Shown: positions 40,401 through 51,379 of the stretch, piece by piece | Position numbering within the stretch: the stretch's first letter is position 1 | Layout: the number at the start of each line of letters is the position of its first letter | Source: Tubiluchus corallicola | Taxonomy: Eukaryota; Animalia; Priapulida | Assembly: GCA_030141605.1 (NCBI GenBank) | Contig: JAQGDQ010000001.1 | Span: 434,001-498,000 of the forward strand | Direction: 5' to 3' | Length of the DNA stretch: 64,000 nucleotides | Program-made: the position numbers and the translations under genes | The notes under the pieces: generated by a model | The model's database searches: none | What the model was told of the DNA's origin: nothing | Seen by the model: the letters and a program-made list of their open reading frames with translations, nothing else

Positions 40401-40848
40401 TCCTGTGTCTACATTTGACGTGTAAAACCTATAGAATGGCGGGTGACAACAATGCCTGGAACAGCCGCGAAATTTCTCAAACTCAAAGACAATGGATGTC
40501 CAAACGTGCAGCTTAGGGGGGTCGAAAAAGAACTTTGAAATACATCCCTCACGTTTTATCTAGTGGACATCTCTCCCAACATAACCTTCAACATTTTGTA
40601 GACCGCTTCGTCCTCTTTCTGGGAGTGTGCTTATTTTTTCTTAACTTGCCCAAACAGTTTGAACAAATTGATTCGAAAAATGAAACCCCAATGGGAAATC
40701 TGTGGGTCTGGAAATTTTGTTTGATATATAGATCGCCTAAAATGGTGCCATCGTTGGAGCTGTAGCCTCGTCGGTTTTATATATATATATATAAGTACAT
40801 TTTGGAACTTTGCTTAATCTATATACTAACTTCGGTGGTATATATATA

Positions 40849-41549
40849 CCGTATTTTCCCGTGTATAAGAGACCCTTTTTTGCTCAGAATTTTCACTTTA
40901 AAAATAGGGGGTCTCTTATACATGGGAGTAAGTCTTTTCAATAAGATGCATAAATTGTGACACTAATGATTTTAAAGAAATAAGTGCTCTACAACTGTTT
41001 TATTTCGAATAATTATAGTTTCCTTTCAATAAATCTTCTCCATGGCTAAATTCTAATGATAAAATTAATGTACCGGGTAAGTTATTATTTTTTTAAATGT
41101 CTCTTTGGTATTGGAGAGAAATCGATTGTTCTGCAGCCAATCAACGCATCTGCATAAGCTCTCTGCATGCCCGTCGACGTCATTGATACGTCGACAGAGG
41201 TCAACGAGATGAGTCAGCCTAAGCAAGGCGTGTCGCGTTCGACTATGAAGCGATATTCTTATCCTAAACCTGCGACTTGGCCAAACCTGGAGAAGTCACT
41301 GAAACACTGGGTCCAATCTCAGAGGATGAGTGGATTGTCAGTGTCTACAAAGATGATCATGGAGCAAGGGAGGAGGATTGCTAGAGAGATGGTGGAGAGC
41401 AATGAGAACGGAGAAGAGACTTGAGGAATTTAATGATTTCTATGATGAATAAAGTTATTCATTACCAAAAAACTTTTTTCCAGAATTTTTGCCTAAAAAT
41501 TGAAGGGGTCTCTTATACACAAGGGTCTCTTATACATGGGAAAATACGG
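40849..41549 (+). mobile_element. pogo/Tigger internal-deletion derivative retaining a CENP-B-type HTH fragment
   Basis: TIRs CCGTATTTTCCCGTGTATAAGAGACCC and TA flanks. Contains WPNLEKSLKHWVQSQRMSGLSVSTKMIMEQGRRIA (HTH_Tnp_Tc5-like). Confidence 0.88.
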
Positions 41550-41775
41550 TATACCACCGAAGTTAGTATATAGATTAAGCAAAGTTCCAAAATGTACTTA
41601 GTGACAAAGGTTAAAAAACACCTTTCGAAAGCACAATGAGAAAAGTCTAATGAAAGCCTTACTTGCGATGTAACAACCAATGTTGTCTTTAAATACTGTA
41701 TTACCTATTCAAATCTTAGATCATACTCATAAAAATATATGATCAAGAGAAGCAATTTTCATGTGCCTATCTTAC

Positions 41776-41886
41776 CTGTTGTGGTGTAGATGAACGCGTG
41801 TCTGGATCAATGCTGCGTGGTGTACCTGGATTACTAGCTTGAAATGAATCTACAGAATCATCACCATTTTTTATGTCCATTGTCAT
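41776..41886 (-). CDS. CDK2AP1: CDK2AP1 coding exon 1 (MTMDIKNGDDSVDSFQASNPGTPRSIDPDTRSSTPQQ)
   Basis: ATG at 41886 and donor CAG|gtaag in phase 0 join exon 2 in frame to give 107 aa, a family-typical length with a disordered N-terminus. Upstream acceptor ttttttAG at 41917-41918. Confidence 0.8.
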
Positions 41887-43467
41887 GAAATGTGTTGACA
41901 GTCTTTGTTTCCAAAACTAAAAAATTTGAATAAGTTTACTGATGGCAAAATCAGCATTTATTGGTAATTTGGAATGTAAATATTAATCAAAAATAATAAA
42001 ATGGGCCTTCATATAAAGAGATTAGCGGAAACATTCACTGATGACGTAAGAATAATGACCTACGAGCCTAGAAACGAGTAATAACCTAGAAAAAACTAGG
42101 AGGTGCGAAAGTGTAATAGCGCCAATTAGCACAGTATCACGTAGTACTAGTAATTCATAAACTTTGAATCCACTATATCGAATCGCCGATCACTCGCTGG
42201 AAATCGATAGGGACGGAGTGCTACCACTTGTCTAATAGAAAAATACACTTCACTCTCAAAGTTCGATTTCGCAAGTGACAATTTTCATTTCTGCAGTCTC
42301 ATAAATTCGCCATGATCACAAATTCACAATAGATACATCACAGGTGTGGTGCCCTCTGTTGCCAGATTTAATAACCAGTATTAACAATATGCGACGGTGT
42401 CTTGAAATAAACGACTAAATTAAAATTAATGTAATTCGCTGGTGAGAGACTTGTGGTTTTTTTGCACTGATCGTTGCTCTATCGTATCATAAAAAACGAG
42501 TTTTTGAATGCCACCTTGCTCGCCAATTCTGCGAAGAAGATCAAACTTATCCACGATAACAACATATTTACAACTCAGAGAAAAAAATATAAGCCTGCAC
42601 AATCACAACTGGTAAAATCTGCATAAGTCAAGAAAAGCCAGTACATTAAGTCACACTTTTGAAAAAAAGAACCTCAAAAATTAATCACCAGATTTACAAT
42701 CCACAATTGTCAGAGCCTTATTTTATACCAAATATGTTTCAGCATTAGCCAAGTGTTGTATATTGCTGTAGGCCTAATAGCATTAGTACAAGAAAAAATT
42801 GTAATCGCTTATCGACTATCTCTAGGTTTTGTACGACACCTGCAGTCCTGTGCACACTGAAGGTGAAGGCCGCGGAGCATAATAAAGAAATAGCTATAGC
42901 CCATGCGCTTTTTGTCCAAAATTTAGTAGACTCATTTGAACACTGTGCACATAAAGAGTAGAAAGTGTTTCAATTTATACATGTATTTTAATTGCAGCAA
43001 CTTGCCTGCACTTGTAGAGCGGCTAAGCTAACTGCTTCTATCAACACAGTTGTAGACAATGCCTGGCAGGGTACGTAAAATTAAATTTTGGCGCGGGGCA
43101 CAAATAAGATTAATGTCGTACCTATTTTTTATTTTTGTTCATTAAATTTTAAATGACCCATTATAATATTCTAGCTCTCACAATATTTTTTAAGAAATAT
43201 TCGCTTCTTGATTATAATAGTAAAAACCATGTCATTTGGTTTTGCACTTTCTGGTTAATCGTTATAATTCGGTAAAATGCGTAGCTTTTAAAATGAACGA
43301 AGTAGAATACACCGCAAGTTTACTTTAGGATTTTATTAAAATTTGTCAGCATTTTATTTCAAAAATATCTAGTGCATCACAAAAACTATAAGTGTGCGTC
43401 ACAAATCACACCAAAATTTAACGTCAGTATACTAGTGCAAGCAAGTTTAACCGGTGTTATCACAACA

Positions 43468-43520
43468 CTATACATACATACATACATACACGCACACGCA
43501 CACGCACGCACGCACGCACG

Positions 43521-43563
<43 letters not shown>
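43468..43563. repeat. Compound (TACA)/(CACG)/(CA)n microsatellite
   Basis: Directly visible in the sequence. Confidence 0.95.
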
Positions 43564-43567
<4 letters not shown>

Positions 43568-44439
43568 TCATTGAAAGCTTAATTGGTATGCTTTAAAAGA
43601 AACATTTAGCAGAAAGAAGCGTGGTTTACTTCATTAAATTCTTACAACTAGCTGCCAACGCAAACACGACTACCTAATTCAATAATAATTAATAAGTCAA
43701 TCAAGTGATGTATGTTTATCAATGCCGCTGCGTGGAAAGCCTAAATTACTGGTATGCCTAACTAGCGGTACAAGAGATACTTAAAAGAAATAAATAACGA
43801 ATTATTGACAATAAAAATGGTTTAAGCTGTTATACCATGGCTGTTTAGAAGAAATAAATTGGTTTCAACAGCTATGGACTCAAAGAACTCTTGCATCACT
43901 CTTACACTTATACTGCAAAATTATAGGCTAATGCATTTTAACCAATTTTAATCAGAACAAATATAAACTGTAGCGTTTTAGCTAACAAACAGAGTAATTT
44001 GTGTATTTTAAGTGGTTTATATAGGTTATAATTAAGTCAAGAAAGGAAAGCAAACGCAACAAAAATGACTGTTTGCCAATCAAAAATGAGGAAGAGTGCT
44101 AAAAGTTCTAAAATCAAGCGATTCAGTGAAATAATTGAAGGTACGCTGGGTAGGTAAGATAGCATACGATAATATGCATTTTGTTCTAGGTAAAAACCCA
44201 TTATATCAACGCACACATACAATAAATATTTGTATTGTATGTATCTATGTATTGTACATAGGCTACATATGTACAATACCTACCACGTCACACGCACATA
44301 AAATAGTAGCACAATAAAGTTATTTACAGATAAAAAAAACTGGCAAGATAGGTGTACAAGATTTAAATATTTGAAACTGATAGATGTTTTCTGTATATAG
44401 CTGATTTATTCAATATTGATAAATTTAGATAAAAAGATA

Positions 44440-45950
44440 CAATTACTGTTAAAAATTTTATTTATGTAACTGTTACAAATTACATGACCCAGATATGTTT
44501 CACAACTGACTTGCTTGAGTAATATGTCACCTATGCTCACATCACAGGTTGGTAACTTGCTCATGCTATTTGGCTTAACAGAAGGCATTTTAGTTTTTTT
44601 CCGCATCAATACATGCAGATGTCATTGTCTTTTGTTTGTAGATAAATTGGGCATCTGTTGCAGGTAACAAGTTTTCATAACGGCACAATAAAATATGTTC
44701 CAACAGTTTGCTTCAGATACTTGACAGGGCAATAGGGCTGTAGTTGTTCACATCTGTGAGCTCGTCGTTTTTGTCTTTTACGAGTAGCACAAGAATGCTG
44801 TAAGTAAGATGACAGGCAGGTAAGAGTGCGTAATGCAAGGTGAAAATAGCAAGCCGGGTACTCAAACTTTATGACCGGCAAAAATATAGTGTTCAGCTAA
44901 CAGACCATCAGGACCTGCTGAACTGTGGCGGGAAAGAGAACCTCATTTGCTGAGACTATTTGTTCATTTAGAATTTGTTTGCTATTGAGCAAGTGTTCAA
45001 GTTTTGCACGTTCGTGAGAATTGTCAATACTATTTAATAGTAATTTATAGTATTCATGCCACATATCACAAATGCCTTGTTTTCCGACAGCATTGCCTAT
45101 TTTCGTGGATAGTGGAACTTTAGCATTAGAGACTGCCTTTTCACGTCTCCAAAATTTAAGAGTTGCTATTCTCTTACTCGCATGAAAATATTAGACCATG
45201 GAGAGACTATCCATAGTGCTAAGTGCCATCTTGTCTGCTTTGATGACTTCTTGCTGACGACGATCGTAGCGCTTGCTTAAAACTAGCTCTTGATCGGCGC
45301 CTTTGATCTGCGATTGGTCCTTGCCTGGGTTTCCCATTGTGTACCGATAAATGAAGTATGTCCGTTGAAAGACGATATTTTTCGGCAACGAGGTCGTTCC
45401 ATCATACCACTTGCTTTGCATGAGAACGTGTTTGATGATAAGCAATTGCCGTATCAGCTGCAATTTTCAAAGCACTAACAATGTTATTGTAGAACCTATT
45501 TAGAACAAGGGATGTATGATCACCAACTTGACAATAAACATTATTGCAATAAATAGCGTCAAGCGGAACATGAACTACCTCTAATGGCTGAAATGGACGC
45601 TCATGTGGAGTTACTAGGTCTGTCTGCAAAATTCAACGAAAAATGCACTGCCCAGGAAGAATATTTTGTCAACAACTCGCTTAACAAGCACCAGAACACC
45701 AAATCGTTTGGCGGAGAGATTTGGTTTCAAGAATGTGTTAATCTTTTGGTTTTAAGAATGCCGTGATGCCAGTAATACAATCAATTTTGCAATAAAATGG
45801 ACTTACTAGATTTTTCGTAAAACCGGGAGATGTGCTGCGGTTTTAAAAAGCTGGGAACTTGTATGGTCTTCTAGGGGCCATAATGTGAAAATTAGAAATT
45901 TGGCTTGTACAGTGATCCTGGTCAAATGATCAAAAGCACACAGGACATTC
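44440..45950 (-). mobile_element. Decayed LINE ORF2 remnant
   Basis: SSAGPDGLLAEH, YLGHVIC and related fragments, with many stops. Confidence 0.6.
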
Positions 45951-48380
45951 AGGACGTAGATCAGTTCGAGCCATAACATTAAAATTTAATAACACCAAAA
46001 CTACAGTATGTTACGAAACTTGCAAAGTACATGGCTAGGGTAAAGGCTCTTTTACTTTTCGTTTCACGTATTCCGAAGGCTTCGAATTTCCATGGGTTTA
46101 TCTGCGATAATTAGAGAAATGCTATCGCATGAAATGTTTTTATTAACGAAACGATTGCTGCTACTAACAATACTTAGTTCAGCAGCTGCTGTATAGAGGC
46201 ACACGATACAAACTATAGGCAAAACTGTATGTAAAATGTCAGTGGTAACAGTAAAAGCGAGTGTTTTGTTGTGGGAAGACAGCAAAGCTCCCTGTTCACG
46301 AAATGAGTTCGATTGTGGCTAAAACTCACGCAAGAAATTCGTTTCATTAAATTAGTGTTGTACACTTAAGAAATTACACAATGTAACTGTAGAATTATCT
46401 ATGTCAAAATTCAAAAATTACTTAAGGAAATTGGCACCCTACACAACTACTAGTGGTAAAGCCGGTCCTGGTATCTGCAGTAAGTTTTGAAAACTTTGAA
46501 CCCCAATATCTCAAGTGTTATTTTTCTAAGTCTTGTTGCACCCAAGTCATATACTATAATTACACTGACAAGGAACAGAAATGCACGCAAATCAAAATTT
46601 GTCACTGTGGCGTTTAACCAATCAGCGCTATAATTGCATTACTGTTGGTAACATACTGGTTTTCTTATAGATATGCAGTACTATTTCATCTGCAAATAAT
46701 TACATGAGAAGCTCATTTAACAGTTGTTAAATTATTTGGTAATTAAATGGCAATTATACTTCATATTTTATAATAATCGTAATAAATTTATTTATATCTT
46801 ATAATATGTCTTATAAGTATATCCCAAAAATAAATTATAATTTGCTAACTCTAAAATATTACATGATCATACAAGCATTGAGTGTCCATAAAACATCATA
46901 ATATATGCCCATCACTACAAGCTTTAGCAATAAAAGGTTGGTGTCGCAGTTGCTTAAGCAATTTATTATACTGCCTGGTCAGCATTTAGTAGAGAAACTG
47001 CCTTTTAATAATATAGGAATGTAAAAGCACTGAATGTAAAGCATTTCATCAGGTTTACCACAAACGTGAAACAATGGAGGCCTTATGTGTTGACAACAAT
47101 ATATAATGCCAACTAAATTACATTGCCTATATCAAAATTACAAAAAAATAATAAAGATGCAAAGGTGATACTAAACACGGTTACTTCTGGTACTTTAATC
47201 AGGTCATCTAACTATTGTCAGACACAAAACGACCAATAACAGTGCAAAATGTTGGTAACAAAAAAAAACATTATTCAACTAATCAAAATCGTACTTACTA
47301 TATAGTGTTTTCAATAAATACAAAATTTCTGTAAGGCGTACTGGACAAAATACATACAATTCAAATGAACACGGTTAAGTGCCTGACAGCAAAGGCTTCC
47401 CACTTAAACCACCCTACTAAGGTGGAGCACAAGTTAACTACTATTTAATTTTACAATAATAAAAATTTATTACAAGGCACAAGATGAAAATTATTTATTT
47501 TACATAAATGCTCAAGAAAACCTGTTATTCTCACATCTACATGATTTAGCAAAGTGCAGTGCAAATGATACAAAAAAATTACTTTATCAATTTCAAAACA
47601 TTTGAATAATTTTGGTCTTACTCTAACGAAGTGTATTTGGCAGAATTGCTATAAGTTAAAGATTAAAGGAAAACACTATCTTAATTCTAAACCATACCTC
47701 AAAATGATCTGCAGTCTGAATTATTTTTTCAATCTCAAAACTCTCCAATTATATTAGTTTTCATTGTTGTATGACCTTAATCATACATACCCAGATGGGC
47801 AAGAGATACTATAATTTTCAGAACTTCTTCATGAAATAATGCTCTAGGCAAGCTTAAACTTAAGGTAAAGGTAAACCTAAAATTTGGTATGACTTCACGT
47901 TCCACTGTTAATGTCACAGCAGTGGTGCATATCAATTTTTGCCTTCAAAAACATGGAGGAAATGTCCAATAGCATTCTTCTCTTCAGAAAATCGTAAGCA
48001 GTAGTAAAGCCAGTGCTGGTTACACTTGCTGGCCGTAAATAAATTTCAACTTTAAACTAATATTTAATTACCAGAAAGAGAATTGTAGTCATTGTTAAAG
48101 GTAATAAAGTGCATGATTCAGACCACAAGTTAAAATGAGGTATGTTTGGAAAAATTGCTCAATTTTTATTAAGCTTATTTATTCCCGCTATAAAATCGAA
48201 TTCTGACAAAGGAATGCCCACAATCATTTCCCCTACAATGTCAAGGATCATCATCATGAATCATATTATCATTGCCACTACATACACCCTCGCATTATCA
48301 CAAAACTTATACGACCAATCGTTAGCTACTATGCTCAATACCCTGTTGCCATTTTACATTATTTGAAATTTTAGTTAGCA

Positions 48381-50114
48381 TTACTTTTCTTGAGGAGCCA
48401 TACTTGGACTCTGTGTCTGATGCTTAACAAGTTTTTTTACTCTGTCAATTTCTACCTTTATGCTCAATTTGTCCTTTTTTTCTTCATCAATTTCTTCCAT
48501 AACTTCCTCAAGCTGCCGCTTAAAGTCTAACTGGATTTTGTCAAGTGCAGATTTTAGTATTTTAATTTCCTGTTTTAGTTCCTGATTTTCACTTTGAAGC
48601 ATCTGAAATTCCTTTCGTGATATTGATGACTCCTGCAAATTTTTCAGCTGCTTTTGCATAAGTTCCAGTGACAAGGCACTGCTTGGTTGCTCAGCTGGTA
48701 ATGTGGACCCACCAACTAATGAATGTGGTCTTGTTGCTGCCGAAGCAGGTGGCGGCACTTTGCTTGGAAATGCAGACTTTACAAATGTTTTTTCCTTTTC
48801 CAAGCCATCTTTTTCATCGCCATTAGTAACAATGGACTCACTGTCCTTTAAAAAGATAGTAGACGGAGGACGGCCTGGACCTTTAATTCGCTTAAGATGT
48901 GTAAGCTTCTCCAAAGGTGCAACTTGATCAAAGCTACTATCATCTGCTGTGTGATCTTGCAGCTTTTCAGAAATTTTGTTAGGCGTGTTTGATGCTGAGC
49001 TTGCTTGATCGGAATGTTTGTCCTTATGATTGGATAAATTTGGCTTAGAAGGTACTTGTGGCTTTTCTTGAGGTGAACCAGTATCATGAGCTGCAAGCTT
49101 TCTGTCCTTTCCACCAACAAGTGACTCAGGTCTAGGTGGTGGTGGCTGCTTACCAACTACGGGAGTTTTTACCTTTTGCTCTTCTGGAGGAAGCAATTCG
49201 ACAAAATTATCAGGAAAAACGCCTACTTTTCCATTTAATTCACCTTTCCACCAGCCAGCATCTTCTATTGTTCTACTGGTAATTGTAACAATATCTCCTT
49301 CTGCTAATGTCAGTTCATCTTCATTTTCAGCTTCGTAAGGAAATATAACTTTGCACTTCTCCACAGTTTGCTTGGAATGTTGAATATCACCAGGTGTAGG
49401 TGGCGGAGGTTTCTTTGGCGGTACTTTATGGTTAGCTTTGTTCTCGGCTGAATCAGAATGAGGAAATTTCTTTTCCAAAGCTCCCCAACTGACAGGTTTC
49501 AACTTGGGGCCACCATCCTTAAAAATATTTCCAAACCCTGGCCCCTTGAGTCCTCCATGAATTTTCTTTCCCCCATGAATTTGACTTTCTGGAAGTGAAT
49601 CTGTCTTTTCCACACTATCCTTTGTATGATCCTTCTGTTCAGAATCACTTAATTTTTCTTCTTTAACAATTTCTTTAACAAAATTAGAAGGAAATACACC
49701 AACTTTACCTTTTATTACACCTTTGAACCAACCCTCTTCTTCTTCGCCCAAAATCTCCAGAACATCTCCTACTTTAAGCATTAATTCATCTTTATTTCGA
49801 GGCTCATAATCAAAGAGTACTTTTGCTTGCCGATTCTTTTCTTTCAGTAAAGATTCCCTCTTCTTAGGTGCTTCTCTTGGTCCCTTTTTGCCAGGCGCTT
49901 GTTTTGGCCTTGCATCACTCATAATGTTAGTAGACTTTGATTGTATCTTAACGAAATTATCTGGAAATAATCCTGTTTTCCCATTCAGTTCTCCTTCCAT
50001 CCAACCATCTTCTTTCTGTCGACAGTTCTTTATGATTTCGCCCACGGCAATACTCAATTCGTCATCATTTTGGGCTTTGTACTCAAATTCAACAACAGCT
50101 TCTACAGTATCCAT
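48381..50114 (-). CDS. SH3KBP1: CIN85/CD2AP family adaptor (3 SH3 domains, proline-rich region, CPI-like motif, C-terminal coiled coil), 577 aa, uninterrupted CDS
   Basis: Three SH3 repeats (DELxL..GD..GWW.G.L.GK.G.FP.NFV), the GFGNIF motif, KKPPPP tracts, EKLTH..R..GPGRPPS and a terminal coiled coil. Acceptor ttttgtattAG at 50153-50154. Confidence 0.95.
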   Translation of the reverse strand: MDTVEAVVEFEYKAQNDDELSIAVGEIIKNCRQKEDGWMEGELNGKTGLFPDNFVKIQSKSTNIMSDARPKQAPGKKGPREAPKKRESLLKEKNRQAKVLFDYEPRNKDELMLKVGDVLEILGEEEEGWFKGVIKGKVGVFPSNFVKEIVKEEKLSDSEQKDHTKDSVEKTDSLPESQIHGGKKIHGGLKGPGFGNIFKDGGPKLKPVSWGALEKKFPHSDSAENKANHKVPPKKPPPPTPGDIQHSKQTVEKCKVIFPYEAENEDELTLAEGDIVTITSRTIEDAGWWKGELNGKVGVFPDNFVELLPPEEQKVKTPVVGKQPPPPRPESLVGGKDRKLAAHDTGSPQEKPQVPSKPNLSNHKDKHSDQASSASNTPNKISEKLQDHTADDSSFDQVAPLEKLTHLKRIKGPGRPPSTIFLKDSESIVTNGDEKDGLEKEKTFVKSAFPSKVPPPASAATRPHSLVGGSTLPAEQPSSALSLELMQKQLKNLQESSISRKEFQMLQSENQELKQEIKILKSALDKIQLDFKRQLEEVMEEIDEEKKDKLSIKVEIDRVKKLVKHQTQSPSMAPQEK

Positions 50115-51379
50115 TAGTTACGACAATGGCATAATCACCGAAGCTGACAGGGCTAATACAAAATTAAAAAAATGATCACTTTCAGATTGCAATTAATCGA
50201 GTTTACAATTTCATGAGTGCGAAATACTCTGAAGCACTTATTTACGTGTTTGGCAGAGTAGGGTTATTCGCGACAATTTTGCAAAAGCTAAAAGTGTTAA
50301 CATTGAATAACGCCAACTTGGCACACCCGCAGCAATCAAAATCTTTTGTTGCACAGAAGGGTTGGACAAAGAGTGATCGCCTATTCTAAGCGAAAAGTAA
50401 TCGCTAACATTAAGCTGAAAAATATTAATAAAATAACTTATTTTAAAAAAGACGAAACATCAAAAAGCACTAAAAGGAAGTATTATGCGTAAACCAAAAA
50501 ATATGTTTACAACTACTCGTGATTATTTTAATGTATACAGCGGCCCTATCATGCATTTCCCGACACTGTTTTTTATAACGTTATACATATTTAGCATATG
50601 TACGACATCATACAAGAAATTATTATTATGCATAACCAGTCAAGGATTGTTGTAGGCAATAGCGCTATACACATAGCTAGAGAGATAGATAGATAATTTA
50701 TTCATCTCCTTCAGTTGTACACACAAAACAAACAAAAATCAATTTGAAAAGAGAAAGCCTGCCAAAAAGTCAAACGGTTATCGAATCAGCTACCCTTCTC
50801 ATAGAACACTAAGAAATAATAATGGCGCCAACAGTGAACTTTTTAAATAAATAATTTGAGTAGAATGTAAAAAATTACAAAGAGGGCAAAATTTAAAGTT
50901 TGAACCAGTTAAAATGTTCATATTTACATAGTACAAAATTACAATCTGCTTACACAGTATAATTTCACAACTTCACATTGACAGTAATTGTGTTTCCCAC
51001 ATACACGCAAAGCATTAATTTCATAGATGCATTTAATGTTACATATTTTTACAGTGAACATTATTTTTATTTAAATTATGTACTAATTAATTAATTAATT
51101 AGACGGCGTTACTCTCATTTATACTCTCAAGAGGTACCATTTATACTGCTGGTAATCTGATAGTACATAAATATTGTCATTATCTGCAGCTATTTTAATA
51201 TTTTTCTGAGTGGCCCTTCCTTTGCATGAGCCGTGTGTTTTTTAGCTTCTTTTTGCTGTCTCTTAATTTGCTGGTTTAGATATCGAATTATTTGCTTGTT
51301 TATTGTTAGTTTGAATTGATATATGCTCAAACTTGTCTTACTTAGCTGTTTATCTTTAATAAAAGAATATTATGTAATT

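Larger units (their letters stand above)
38353..40431 (+). mobile_element. IS630/Tc1/mariner DNA transposon, full length about 2.08 kb, in the CDK2AP1 intron
   Basis: TA|TAGGTTT(T)ACAxxTCAAATGTAG termini in inverted orientation, TA flanks, subterminal TCAAATGT repeats and an internal transposase. Confidence 0.88.
38261..40790 (-). mobile_element. Second Helitron-like copy interrupted by the Tc1 element
   Basis: Shares ctagc.aa.ccccgcaaa..aattttgca and aatggtgcc.tc.t.ggagctgtagcctcg with the 37838 copy. Confidence 0.5.

Noticed and set aside
32157-41776. CDK2AP1 exon 1 spliced in frame to the small ORF
   Set aside because: A phase-0 join gives GCT GTG ATT ATA TGA, an immediate stop.
48703-50175. 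Antisense and alternative-frame ORFs over SH3KBP1
   Set aside because: Shadow ORFs of a real coding sequence.
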